A DNA stretch of 64,000 bases from Mobula hypostoma (Eukaryota), in NCBI RefSeq assembly GCF_963921235.1, contig NC_086108.1:57352001-57416000 (forward strand). The letters are read 5' to 3'. The notes beneath the pieces were generated by a model, which ran no database searches, was not told the DNA's origin, and worked only from the letters and a program-made list of their open reading frames with translations. The translations under genes and the position numbers were made by a program. Positions 13,290-25,699 of this stretch are shown here, piece after piece (the stretch's first letter is position 1; every line of letters begins with the position of its first letter).

Positions 13290-14791
13290 CAGACATCCCA
13301 CCTCTCCCAGAAGTTCCGGGAGTCTCCCACATATCGATAGTGGCTCCTTGATGCCCGGAAATTATATACAATATCCCGGAAATAGATTTTTTGTGAGGGA
13401 GAGCGAGCATCCTGATTGGTTTCTCTTCGTGCTAAGAGTGGTCCCCAACCACCAGGCCATGAGGAAACAATATGATTTAGCGATATGAAACGATACGAGT
13501 CAGCTGCACCTTTCCTCATTCCCTGTCACGCACTGTTGAATTTTAACACACACGAGGTCATCAGTGACCCAAGACGTGCAAAGGAATGGGTCTGTGACCC
13601 ATTTGTGAATGTCCCCCGTGAATCATCCATGTCAGCACGGGAAAAAGATCAACTCCTCGTGCTTGCAAATGACGGTGGGCTGAAAAATATATTTGACATA
13701 ACACCTCTGCCGGCATTCTGGATCAAAGTCGAGGCTGAATATCCTGAGATAGCCACGAAAGCACTGAAAACGTTGCTTCCATTTCCAACATCATATCGCT
13801 GCGAAGCGGAGTTTTCTGCAATGAATGCAATGAAAACTAAATTGTAGAATAGACTGGACATAAGGAACCCCCTTCGAGTATTGCTGTCACCCATCACCCC
13901 TCGATGGGACCATCTTTGTTGCAGGGAAATAAGCCCAGGGCTCCCACTGACTCAGCGATATTGGTATGTTGCAATGATTTTATATATTCATATGAGGAAA
14001 ATATGCGCTGTGTGTTTAATATCCAAACGTTACTTAAAATGTTATGATGCTATTGACTTATAAGTGACTTATACAGTAATTCAGTTGTCCCCCACCTCCA
14101 GGCCGCGAAGAATACAGCGGTGGCCAAAACGCCCCCAGCACATCTTTAAGAAAAAAGCCGAAATAAACAAGCTAATTGATTAGGTGCCGCCCAGCACGTA
14201 AATGTCGGCCCAGATCAGAGGCGATTGCCGGTTGCATCGCCTCTGATCTGGGCTGACATTTACGTGCCGGGTGGCACCTAATCAATTAGCTTGTTTATTT
14301 CGGCTTTTTTCTTAAAGATGTGCTGGGGGCGTTTCGGCCACCGCTGTATTCTTCGTGGCCTGGAGGTCTGGGACCACTGTTAAAATTGACTTATCACTAC
14401 ATTCGTGCAAGGAAAATATGTGCTGTGTGTTCAATATTAAATTCGTTAGATAAACCCCTTCAGAAACGAAATTGAGTGTATTAGCCACTTACAAGTGACT
14501 TATCATCTATACACTCCAGTCGCGTTTAACACCCAGCGCCCCCCCGCCCCCGGCTCCACCGGTCCGCAAGAATATTGTCAATATATAAGTACATATTTTA
14601 ATGTCACATTTGCTGCATATACCTAACTTGGTTTACAGATTTGACAAAGTCACTAAACAAAATATTACATACACCCTTGGAGGTCAACGGTGTCGGGTGG
14701 TGGAATATCTGGTTGCGGGGGGGGAGGTGCTACCTCCCTGAAATGGTGGGGCTACCTCCCTGAAATGAGTTTTTGCAGGGTGGGGTGTCTG
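13290..14791 (+). mobile_element. hAT (Buster/Charlie-type) deletion derivative
   Basis: Terminal inverted repeats cagaca(t/c)cccacc; hAT dimerisation-domain remnant FWIKVEAEYPEIATKALKTLLPFPTSYRCEAEFSAMN.MKTKL*NRL; no clean TSD seen. Confidence 0.75.
14082..14379. mobile_element. Foldback MITE (near-perfect 298-bp palindrome, hAT-like ends)
   Basis: Arms of about 144 bp are reverse complements around a loop near 14226-14235; ends cagttgtccc / gggaccactg. Confidence 0.85.
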
Positions 14792-15559
14792 TGAATGCAG
14801 CAGGCCAGGCAGCATCTATAGGAAGAGGTACAGTACCTCTTCCTATAGATGCTGCCTGGCCTGCTGTGTTCACCAGCATTTTTTGTGTATGTATTTCTGT
14901 GCTCTGATTCATTCTCAGTCTTGACATCTATTAAAACAGGTACTTCAAATTGTAGGCCAGACATTTTTTCTTGCGACTGGACAACATCTGTTGAGGCTGC
15001 AGGGTCGAGGCCTGTGTATGAATTTCATATATGTTCCTGCCCATGTTGGGGTTGAAGGAAACGAGGAAATGATTCTTGTCAAACGATCATTTAAAATTAA
15101 GGATATAAATAATTACCTATTCAGAATTAATATGCATATTACTGGCACCTGTAGGGAGTGTACTTGTCAAAACAAAACGGTGCAGCATATATTGTTTGAA
15201 CGCTGTTCCTATGAGGTGCAAAGGAAACATCTAATTGCCAAATTGAGATCTTTGGGACAGACACAGTTTAACATGGAAAGTTTATTAGGATATCACTGCC
15301 ATCGTAATGTATGTAGGTGGATATTTGACTTTCCGAAAAGCATTAGACGTTTTGATTTTTTTTCTGGGCAGAGGAATTTAGTGGGTCTATTTCCTGTCAC
15401 TTTGCTCCGCACTCCAACTCAGTAGGTGGCGGTAATGTACTTGATGTCGGTTTGTTATTTACCATTAAACGTTACCTCCCCCCAAAAAAAAGAACCAACT
15501 GAGTGTTGGTGAGATAAGTCATTTGCTTTTAAATTACCCCTTTGTGTAATTAGGGCGAA

Positions 15560-15990
15560 AATATTTGAGGGGTGTGGACGAACATTGTGCGGGAACAGAT
15601 CTCAGATGTACGTGGGGTCGGGACACTGGGCAGCACTCGTGGCTGAGCGGGTTCGGGGCAAGGTTCAGGTTCAGGTTCAGGTTCAGGCTCTGCGCTGGCG
15701 AACCCGCTGACTTCCGGCGGCTCCGGCCGGCTCAGTTATCCCCGCGGCGGGCGGAACGACCGGAATCTGTCGGCGGTCGGTGGAAATGATCCGTGAACTT
15801 GCAGTGTAAGTGGAGTGACGGGCCCAATTCCCGCGTTAGTTGAAGAGCTGCTGCCGCTGGGCCACTTTCCTGTTGGAGCTTCAGCTGCGTTATCTGTCGG
15901 TGCTCGCAAATCGAGGCGTCTTAGTAGAGTAAACTGTTTTACACAAAAGTGCTTTGCCTATCGTTTTAACTTCGAGCCATTCGAGAAATA
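15560..15990 (+). promoter_or_regulatory. CpG island / putative promoter and first exon of the carboxylase gene
   Basis: GC- and CpG-rich segment not attributable to a TE in an AT-rich, CpG-poor window; ETS-type ACTTCCGG at 15710-15717; ATG at 15786 and gtaagt donor at 15806. Confidence 0.75.
15786..15805 (+). CDS. MCCC2-like carboxylase beta subunit, coding exon 1 (MIRELAV)
   Basis: ATG with purine at -3, consensus donor gtaagt; phase 2 joins exon 2 in frame (GT+G = Val). Confidence 0.65.
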
Positions 15991-16049
15991 TGCACGTTGA
16001 CATTAAATTTTGGGTAAATTTTATGTTGACATTGGACTTCTCATTCTTG

Positions 16050-17100
16050 TTTAACTAGTCCATGCCGACCAAGATGTTTATTGTAGCTTGTTCCATTTGC
16101 CTGCATTTGGCCCAAATCCCTCTAGGCCTTTCCTATCTGTGTACCTGTCTAAATCTCTTAAACGTTGCCATTATACCTACCCCAAGAGCTTTGGTAGCTC
16201 ATTAACCACTCTGCGTTATAAAGTTACCCCACAGGTCCCATTTCAATCTTTCTGCTCTCACCTTAAACCTATGCGTTCTTCTAGACTCCCCTACCTTGGG
16301 AAAAGACTACAGCCGTCCACTTTCCCTACTCCCCTCATTATTTGATGTATCCCTATAACGTCATCCTTTACGGGGGAATATGTCCCAGACTATACAACCT
16401 CCCGGTTAACAAATGCTGTTGAATATGTTTTGTCCCCTTTCCAGCTTAAAGAGTGCAGAAAATGCCAAACATTTCTTCATTATCCTGTCTACCTGTGTTG
16501 CCACTTTCAGACACTTGTCTACCTGTACTCCTAGGTCGCTCTGTTCCACAAATCTCTTCAGGGCCCTACCATTTACTATGTATGTCCTGTCTTGGTGTAA
16601 CTGATCAAAGCAAATGCAAAGCCATGCTCTTGTCCAGGTTGAATTCCATCTGCCTTTCTTTGGCCTACTTAGCTAGTTCATTGAGATCCAGCCGTAATTT
16701 TAGATAACCTTATTCATTGTCCACCACATCAGTTTTGGTGACATATGCAAACTTATTAGCTATGCTAACAGCTCTCAAAATGCTAGAAGAACTCAGAAAG
16801 TCAGGCATCATCTATGGAGGGGAATAGACAGTCGACATTTGGGGCAAAGACCCTTCACCAGCAGCTAGGTTAACACCATTGTCATCCAGATTGTTAATAT
16901 AAATGACAAACAGAAGATCCAGCATTGATTTATTGAGACACACTTCTCGTCACAGGCCTTCAATCTGAATAATAACCCTCCAGCAGTCCCCTCTGATTCC
17001 TTCCACAAGCCCAGTTTGTTTCCGGTTTGTTAGGTCAGCCAAGATCTAACCTACCATGCAGCACCTTGTCCATGTAGACAACATCTACTGGGATGCCCTT
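16050..17100 (-). mobile_element. Old CR1 LINE 3' fragment with a small Penelope-end insert
   Basis: Similar to other CR1 3' ends in the window; degenerate Penelope end at about 16775-16860. Confidence 0.55.
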
Positions 17101-17672
17101 TAGTCATGGTTTCTCTCATCTCCCTCTTAGTTGGCCAGGCAGCACCCATCTGTGAACCTTTTTAAAAAATCTTATGCATGGTGGGAAAACAAAAATCAAC
17201 GTTTTTTTTCAGAAAGGGGTTTTCTTGCTCAAGTTTCTATACTCCCCTATCTCAAAACTTACGTTTACTCCCGTCACTTGTCATCTGTGCTTTTTGAAGT
17301 AGTGGCAGTTAACATTATATAATCAAGGTCATCTTCAAAAGGCAGGGCCTCAAGAAGTCAGCATCCATCATGGAGGACTCTTGTCATCCGGGAGATGTCC
17401 TCCTCTCTTTACTACCATCAGTGAGAAGGTACAGGAGCATGAAGGCACACACTTAATATCTTAGGAACTGCTTCTTCCCTTTTGCCATCAGATTTAAGGA
17501 GGATGAGAGGGGATCTGATTGAAACATGTAAGATTATTAAGGGATTGGGCACGCTAGAGGCAGGAAACATGTTCCTGATGTTGGGGGAGTCCAGAACCAG
17601 AGGCCACAGTTTAAGAATAAGGGGTAGACCATTTAGAACGGAGTTTAGGAAAAACTTTTTCACACAGAGGGT

Positions 17673-18869
17673 GAATTCCTCCGTCTCCGCCGCATCTGCT
17701 CTCAGGATGAGGCTTTGCATTCTAGGACGAGGGAGATGTCTTCATTTTTTAAAGAAAGGGGCTTCCCTTCCTCCACTATCAACTCTGCTCTTAAACGCAT
17801 CTCCTCCATTTCACGTACATCTGCTCTCACTCCATCCTCCCACCACCCCACTAGGAATAGGGTTCCCCTGGTCCTCACCTACCACCCCACCAGCCTCCGG
17901 GTCCAACATATTATTCTCCGTAACTTCCGCCACTTCCAACGGGATCCCACCACTAAGCACATCTTTCCCTCCCCCCCTCTCTCTGCATTCCGCAGGGATC
18001 GCTCCCTACACAACTCCCTTGTCCATTCGTCCCCCCCATCCCTCCCCACTGATCTCCCTCCTGGCACTTATCCGTGTAAGCAGAACAAGTGCTACACATG
18101 CCCTTACACTTCCTCCCTTACCACCATTCAGGGCCCCAAACAGTCCTTCCAGGTGAGGCATCACTTCACCTGTGAGTCGACTGGGGTGATATACTGCGTC
18201 CGGTGCTCCTGATGTGGCCTTTTATATATTGGTGAGACCCGACGCAGACTGGGAGACCGCTTTGCTGAACATCTACGCTCTGTCCGCCAGAGAAAGCAGG
18301 ATCTCCCAGTGGCCACACATTTTAATTCCACATCCCATTCCCATTCTGACATGTCTATCCACGGCTCCTCTACTGTAAAGATGAAGCCGCACTCAGGTTG
18401 GAGGAACAACACCTTATATTCCGTCTGGGTAGCCTCCAACCTGATGGCATGAACATTGACTTCTCTAACTTCCGCTAGGCCCCACCTCCCCCTCGTACCC
18501 CAGCTGTTACTCATTTTTATGCACACATTCTTTCTCTCACTCTCCTTTTTCTCCCTCTGTCCCTCTGAATATACCTCTTGCCCATCCTCTGGGTCACCCC
18601 CCCCCCGTCTTTCTTCCCGGACCTCCTGTCCCATGATCCTCTCGTATCCCCTTTTGCCTATCACCTGTCCAGCTCTCGGCTCTATCCCTCCCCCTCCTGT
18701 CTTCTCCTATCATTTTGCATCTCCCCCTCCCCCTCCAGCTTTCAAATCCCTTACTCACTCTTCCTTCAGTTAGTCCTGACGAAGGGTCTCGGCCTGAAAC
18801 GTCGACTGTGCCTCTTCCTATAGATGCTGCTTGGCCTGCTGCGTTCACCAGCAACTTTGATGTATGTTG
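17673..18869 (+). mobile_element. Penelope-like element, 5'-truncated (GIY-YIG endonuclease and 3' terminal repeat)
   Basis: CKQNKCYTC Cys motif, FTCESTGVIYCVRCS*CGLLYIGETRRRLGDRFAEH; 15-bp TSD tttcacacagagggt at 17658-17672 and 18870-18884; stop at 18210-18212. Confidence 0.92.
18772..18807 (+). ncRNA. Minimal type I hammerhead ribozyme motif (Penelope-associated)
   Basis: AGUC-CUGACGA-A-GGGU(CUCG)GCCU-GAAAC-GUC-GACU: stem I AGUC/GACU, conserved core, stem II, palindromic ACGU at stem III. Confidence 0.75.
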
Positions 18870-20179
18870 TTTCACACAGAGGGTTGTGGTTCTGTGGAAT
18901 GCTCTGCCTCAGAAGGCAGTGGAGGCTAATTCTCTGGATTCTTTCAAGAAAGAGTTAGATAGAGCTCTTAAAGATAGTGGAGTGAATGGATATGGGGCGA
19001 AGGCAGGAAAAGGGTACTGATTGTGAATGATCAGCCATGATCACAGTGAATGGCCTACTCCTGCACCTATTGTCTATTGTCTATTTCTGAATGGCTCATG
19101 AGCCCATGAATACCACCTCACTATTTTGTTCCCATTGTGCACTATTTAATTATTGTATATTCTTTTTGTAATTTATAGTCATTTTTATGTATTCTGCTGT
19201 ACTGCTACCACAAAACAACAAATTTCATGACATATGTCAGTGATAATAAACCTGATTTTGGTTCATACCTGCACAGTGATCCATATATATTTACAACTGC
19301 TGTGTACATTATGGCATGAATTGGAATCCGAGCAAGCTATTCTGATTGTTCCCTCAACTCTGCATTTCCTTCTATCTGCAGTACCCCTTCACCCCATAAC
19401 TTACCAAGCATTGGTGTCTCTTAAAAATATTTAAAGATCCTGCATCCACTGCTCATGAGGAAGAGTTTCATAAATTCATGACCCTCTGAGGAAAATAAAA
19501 CAGCTTTCCTCATTTCTTGTTCAAATTGGCAACCTCTTATTTTTAAACAGTGATTCCAAATTCTGTTTCTTCAACAAGAGGAAACATACTCCACTCTTCC
19601 AACCAGACTATGTAATTTTTCCCTCTGATTTGCTCTGAATTTTGAACCTAACTCCACAAACCTAACAGTCCTGGTAGGCCCATTGCTTCTGCCTGCTCTT
19701 GCCCTACTGAACTTGTGTCTGCATAACGACTCCAGTTTAACCTCTTGGTTCAGTCCCTTCCCACCTACATCTGTGACACTTCACATGCTCTCGACCTCAG
19801 TAACTTTCAATTCCCTGGTCCTGATTGTCTTTATTTTCACCATGGATGTCCAGTCCCTATACACTTCTATCACCCATCCAGAAGGCCTCAAAATTCTCTG
19901 CTTCTTTCTTGTCAACAGACCTGACCAGTTCCTCTCCATCGCCATCCTCCTCTGTCTGGAGGAACTGGTTCTCACCCTCAACAATTTCTCTTTTGGCTCC
20001 TCCTACTTTCTCCAATCTCAAGGTATAGTTATGGGCCCCAGCTATACCGCCTTTTCAGTGGCTACATAGAATAGTCCACGTTCCAAGGCCTCCCTGGTAA
20101 TGCTCCCCAACTCTTTCTGCATGACATTGATGACAGCATTGGTGCTACTTCATGTACCTCTGTTGAGTTAATTAATTTC

Positions 20180-20760
20180 CCCACTAACATCTTAACTACA
20201 TTCTACAGAGGTGTGGTTGAGAGTGTGCTGACCTTTAGCATCACAACCTGGTACTCCAGCTGCAGTGCTGTCGACAAAAAAGCCTTGCAGTGGGTGGTTA
20301 GGGGACAGAGAAGGTTATTGGGGTCTCCCTACCTTCTGTCCAAGACCTCTTTCAGAGTCGATGCCTCCAGAAGACACGGTACATCATTAAAAACCCCTCA
20401 CACCCTCTGCATGAACTGTTTGTTCTTCTGCCATCAGGCAAACATTACAGGAGCATCAAAACTAAAACCACAAGGCTACTAAACAGCTTCCTCCCACAGG
20501 CAGTCAGACTGCTAAATAGGTGCTCTACCTGACTCTGCTTTGGACACTTTTAACTTGCACTGGACATTTATAACTTGATTTTAACTGACGTGTGGCTGTT
20601 GTGTTTTACTATTTATTGTTATATTTATTATTCAGTGTTGCGTTTGTTATGTTATGATTGCACTGCTCCTGGGAAACGCTGTCTCATTCTGCCCTGTAGA
20701 GCTGATGTACGGTTAGAATGACAATAAAGTTTTTTGAATCTTGAATCTTTGAATCTTGAA
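20180..20760 (+). mobile_element. Rex1/Babar 3' fragment nested in Penelope
   Basis: FYRGVVESVLTFSITTWYSSCS..DKKALQ; aatgacaataaa followed by a (ttgaatc)n tail. Confidence 0.75.
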
Positions 20761-21034
20761 TTTCATCAACTTTGCCTTCAACTTCCACCCTACCTATAAA
20801 TACACTTGGTCCATTTCTGACACTTCTCTCCCCTTTCTTAACCTCTTTTGTCTTTACCACAAGAGGCAAACTATCTACCAATATCTTTTATGAGCCCACC
20901 AATTCCCTTGGCTATCTTAATTATACCTCTTCTCACCCTGCCTCCTGTAAAAAATGTCATTCCCTTTTCTCAGTTACTTTCTGTCTGCTATAGCTGTGCT
21001 CAGGATGAGGTTTTCCTTTCCAGGACATCCAGGC

Positions 21035-21950
21035 TGAGTGACGCCATAACTACAACTCAAAGTTAGCAAGACCAAGGAGCTGATTGTTGACTTCAGGTGG
21101 AGAAAACCAGTGGTCCATGAGCCAGTCCTCATTGGAGGATCAGAGGAGGAGAGGGTCAGCAACTTTAAGTTCCTCAGTTTTATCATTTTGGAGGACCTGT
21201 CCTGCAATTATGAAGAAAGCATGGGAGAACTTCTACTTAAGAGTTTGAGATGATTCGGTATCACATCTAAAACTTTGACAAACCTCTATATGTATGTAGT
21301 GGACAGTGTAATGACTGGCTGCATCACAGGCTGGTATGGATACACCAATCCCCTTGAATGGACAATCCTACAAAAAGTCATGATAAGGCTCAGTCCATCA
21401 GGGGTAAATCTCTCCCCACCATTCATCGGGGTAAAGTTCTCCCCACCGTTGAACCTATCTACACAGAGCATAGTCGCAGGAAAGCAGCGAATCCCCACCA
21501 TCCAGGATATCCTCTCTTCTTGCTGCTGCCATGAGGAAGATGGTACAGGAACTTTAGGACTCTCGTGCACCACCAGGTTCAGGAACTGTTCCTGAACCTG
21601 GTGGTGCGTGAGAGTCCTAAAGTTCCTGTACCATCAGGCTCTTGAACCAAAGGGGATAGTTTCACTCCATTTTCCCCATCTTCGAAATATTCCCACAACC
21701 TTTGGACTCATTTTCAAGGACTCTTTGTCTCATGTTCCTGATACTTATTGCTTATTTATTTATTATTATTCTTTCTTTCTTTTTTACCTGCAGTTTATTG
21801 TCTTTTGCACTCCGGTTGAATGCCCAAGTTCGTGTGGCCTTGCATTGATTCTATTGTGGATTTATTGAGTATGCCTGCAAGACAATGAGTCTCAGGGTTG
21901 TAATTGTTAACATATCTGTACTTTGATAATAAATTTACATTGATTTTTGA
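21035..21950 (+). mobile_element. Rex1/Babar 3' fragment nested in Penelope
   Basis: KTKELIVDFR, VSNFKFL, VDSVMTGCITGWYG; gataataaattt tail. Confidence 0.7.
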
Positions 21951-22689
21951 ATATTAGTGATGCTCTACTTCTTTAAAGACCAGAGTTTCTCTTCCTCCAC
22001 TGTTGATGCTGCCCTCGCCTGCATCTCCTCCATTTCCCAGACATCTGCCCTCACCTCATCTTCTCGCCACCTTAGCAGGGATAGAATTCTTCTTGTCCTC
22101 GCCTATGAGCCTCTACATCCAACGCATTATTCTCCGCATCTTCTGCCACCTTCAACAAAACCCTACCACCAAGCGCATCTTTAACTCCTGCCCACTCATC
22201 GCTTTCCACAGGAATCACTCACTGCATGATTCCCTTGTCAATTCATCCATCCCCATTAATTTCCCTCTTGGCACTTATCCGTGCAAGAGACAGAAGTGCT
22301 ACACCCTCGCATTCATCTCCTCCCCACCTCCATTCAGGGCCCCAAACAATTCTTCCAGGTGAGGCAACACTTCACCTCTGAACCTGTTGGGGTTGCCTAC
22401 TGTATCCAGTGCTCCCATTGTAGCCTTCTCAGCATTGGTGAGGCCTGACGCAGGTTGGGGGACGGCTTTGTCAAGCACATGAGCTCCATCTGCAGAAAGT
22501 AGAATTTTGCTGTGGCTGAGCATTTCAATTCATATCCCCTTTCCCGTTCTGCCATATTGGTCCATGGCCTCATCTTCTGTCACCATGAGGCCACTCTCAG
22601 GTTGGTGGAGCAACACCTCATATTCCATCTTAGTAACCTCCAACCAGATGGCATAAACATTGTTACTTCCAGCTTCTGGTAAATGTATT

Positions 22690-22956
22690 TTATTGAGATA
22701 CAGCGTAGAACCGGTCCTTCCTGCCCTCCAAGCTCGGTGCCATGCAATCCTCCCATTTAATCCCAGTTTAATCATTTGACTAATTATCCTACTAACTGTA
22801 TGCCCTTGGACTGTGGGAGGAAACCAGAGCACCCAGAGGAGACTGACACAGTCATGGGGAGAATGTACATACTCTGTACAGACAGCAGCAGGAATTGAGC
22901 CCAGGCCACTGGTACTATTACGTGTCGAGCTAACCACTATGCTACCGTGTTGCCCC
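22690..22956 (-). mobile_element. tRNA-derived V-SINE (HE1-like)
   Basis: Minus strand reads ggtagcatagtggttag (A box), ggctcaattcc (B-box-like), and V-domain-like ctctgggtgctctggtttcctcccacagtcc. Confidence 0.7.
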
Positions 22957-23199
22957 AAATTTATTTCCCTTTCCCATCTGTCTTCTTCTATTCCCCATTC
23001 TGGCCTCTCACCTCTCCTTCTTACCTGCCTATCACTTCCCCTGGTGAGCCTCCACCTTTTCGTTTTCCCATGATCCACTCTCTTCTCCAGCCCTTTGGCT
23101 TTTCCACTCATTACTTCCCTGCTTACTTCATCACCCTTCCCACCCACCTGGCTTAACCTTGTCCTTCTTCCCCTCCCCTACATTGTTATTCTGGCATCT

Positions 23200-25345
23200 T
23201 TGTTTTGTGGCAGCAGTACAATGCAAGACAAAAATTACTATAAGTTACAAAAATAAATAGTGCAAAAGATGAAAATTGAGGTAATGTTCATGGGTTCATG
23301 AATTCATAAATCTGATGGCAGAGGAGAAGAAGCTGTTCCTAAAATGTTGTGAGTTTTCAGGCTCCTGTACCACCTCCTCCAGGAACGTAGTGCCTGTGAT
23401 GGAATTGGCTGAGTTGTAACCCTTTGCAGCTCCTGTGTGTTGGTAGCTCTTTACTAAGCTGTGAGGAAACCAGGCAGAATGTTCTCCAGTGTGCATCTGT
23501 AAAAAATTGCAGGAATCTTTACCAAATCTCATCAAATTCCAAATGAAGTAGAGTCACTGGCATGCCTCCTTGGTGATTGTGTCATTGTGTTGGGTCAAGA
23601 TAGATCCTCTGAGATGCTGACACCCAGGATTTTGAAGCTGGTCACTCTTTCCACTGCTGACCCTTTAATGAGGACTGGTGTGTGTTCTCCTGACTTCCCT
23701 TTTCTGAAGCCTGTAATCAATTCCTTGCTGATGCTGAGTGCAAGATTGTTGTTACACACCACTTGGCCAGCCAATCAACCACTCCTGTATGCTGCCTCAC
23801 CAGCATGTGAGATTCTGCCAACAACGGTAGTGTCATTGGTGAACTTAGAGATGACATTTGAACTGTACCTATTCATACAGTCATAAGTATAGAGGGTAGA
23901 GTAGTGGGCCAAGTACACACCTTTGAAGTACGCCTGTGTTGATTGTCAGCGAGGAGGAGATGTTATTACTGATCTGCACTGGACTGTGACTCCCAGTAAG
24001 GAAGTTGAGGATTCAGTTGCAGAGGGAGGTGCAGGGGCCTAGGTATTGAAGATTATCATTTAGTACTGAGCAGATGATGGTGTTGAATGCCCAGCAAAGC
24101 AACAACCTGACATTTGTTTTGCTATTCACCAACAAGAGAAAATCTGCAGATGCTGGAAATCCAAATCTAGTTAGAGACTTTCTCAGCATTCCCCAGTATA
24201 ACATAACAAAAGAAGCCATTTTAAATTGAACAAAAAAGAAAGACCCCATACACACAAAAAATGCTGGAGGAACTCAGCAGGCCAGGCACCATCTATGGAA
24301 AAGAGTTCAGTTGATGTTTTGGGGGCGAAACCCTTCATCAGGATTACAATCAGGACACTCCCTGATGATGGGTCTTGGCCCGAAATATCAACTACTGTTT
24401 TCCATAGATGTTGCCTGGCATGCTCAGTTCACCCTGAATTTTGTGTGTTGCTACGTTTTGCTGTTGTCCAGGTGCTCCAAAGCCGAGTGGATAGGCAGTG
24501 AGATTGCATCTGCTATAGACCTGTTATGGCGGTTGGCAAGTTGCAGTGGCTCCAGGTCCTTGCTCAGGGAAAAGTGAATTGTAGCTATGACTACTGATCA
24601 ACCTCTCAAAGTACTTCATCATAGTAGATGTGATAGATGTTGAGCCAGCTCTTCTTGGGAGCTGACTGTATGATTGCTGTCCTTTTGAAGCAGGTGGGAA
24701 CATCTGACTGCAGCAGTAAGAGATTGGAGATGTCCTTGAAGACTGCAGCCGATTGGTTGACACATAGTTTCAGTACCCTGCTATGTGCACCATTGGAACT
24801 GGACACTTTCCAAGGGTTGACCCTCTTGAAGGATGTTCTGATGTCAGTCCCCAAGATGGAGATCTCAAGGTCTCCAAATGCTGTGCGGGTCACACAGGCA
24901 TGGTATTTTCCGCCCTTTCAAATTGTGCATAAAAGGCATTGAGCTCATCAGGGAGTGAAGTATCAAAACAATTTATATTGTTTGATACTTCCTCATAGGA
25001 ACTAGTGGTGTGCAAACCTGCCACAGCTGCTGTGCATTGTGCTTAGATTGTGTCTAGCTTCACATGGAATTGTCTTCTTGCTCTCACTGTAGACATCCAT
25101 AGGTTGTACCTAGACTTTTTGTAGGATTCTGGATCACTGCTCTCGAACACCAATAGATCTAGTCCTCAGCAAACTGCGAATTTCCTGGTTCATGCGGGGC
25201 CTCTGGTTTGAGAAGACTTGGTTTGTTCCCAAAGGCACATACTCATCCACGCAGGTTTTGACAAAGTCGGATTGAGCTATGGCATTTTCATCCAGATTTG
25301 AAGAAGAATCCCAGAATATGTTTGAGTTCACAAATTCAAAGCAGT
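23200..25345 (-). mobile_element. Rex1/Babar LINE fragments with an embedded Penelope-end hairpin (about 24130-24450)
   Basis: Minus-strand remnants VFKDISNLLLLQSDVPTCFKRTAII, MKYFERL, WAFNTII, KTCVDEYVP. Confidence 0.7.
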
Positions 25346-25699
25346 CAATAGATGCTCCTCTACCTTCTTTGACCATAATTTTGTTGTCCTCAACATTGCT
25401 TTTTGTTTGCTCCCCTGTTAAGTGTTTAAAAATTCAACCTTTTAAACTTGCCCAGCTGGCTATGCATATTATCCCATGTTTATCTGTTCTTGTACCACTT
25501 ATTTATATTGATTCTCCTCATTCTTCCTACAAACATACCAGTTGCTATTTTCTCCATTGCATCTTAAATGTCGCATGTCTATTTATTTGCAAAGTATTTT
25601 CCTATCATCCTGAGATATGACATTGCCAAGTTTTGTATCATCTGCAAACCTTTAAACTTCAAAGTACTGATGATGGAGTCTACAACTACAGAAAACATT

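Larger units (their letters stand above)
13224..14887. mobile_element. Penelope terminal-repeat hairpin insertion, split by a hAT element
   Basis: 13-bp TSD tatgtatttctgt at 13211-13223 and 14888-14900; Penelope-end sequence at 13224-13283 resumes at 14792. Confidence 0.8.
9150..15492 (+). mobile_element. Nimb/I-group LINE with RNase H, decayed and interrupted
   Basis: Decayed Cys/His knuckle ORF1 (about 9640-9800); ORF2 start LILQWNTRSL (about 10170); FFDVEKAYDML, GTSQGSVCSPFLFNI, ADDGAVWKRG; RNase H IYTDGAKD...E..AI..AL...CSDS...VPAHVGVEGNE; 3' cagtaggtggcggtaatg and A-tail. Confidence 0.8.
17492..19085 (+). mobile_element. CR1 LINE 3' end split by a Penelope insertion
   Basis: RRMRGDLIETCKIIKG...SRTRGHSLRIRGRPF..E.RKNFFTQRV resumes at 18870 (VVLWNALPQKAVEANSL); (ctattgt)n tail. 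Confidence 0.85.
19600..23185 (+). mobile_element. Older Penelope-like element (RT to GIY-YIG), interrupted several times
   Basis: IFTMDVQSLYTSI, LVLTLNNFSF...QG..MGPSY, a DIDD catalytic remnant near 20120, and an endonuclease region at about 22280-22670 paralleling 18070-18475. Confidence 0.8.

Noticed and set aside
15565..16000. ORFs in the CpG island (RFRFRFRF peptide; 61-aa ORF)
   Set aside because: By-products of GC richness and the hexamer repeat; no ATG start, and the second lies past the splice donor
17482..18156. 224-aa ORF
   Set aside because: CR1 tail read into an off-frame of the Penelope insertion
22900..22956. tRNA gene
   Set aside because: tRNA-like head is contiguous with a V-SINE body and no full cloverleaf was seen
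24309..24394. Additional hammerhead motifs
   Set aside because: Stem I, GAAAC and cleavage-site positions are mutated; treated as decayed copies
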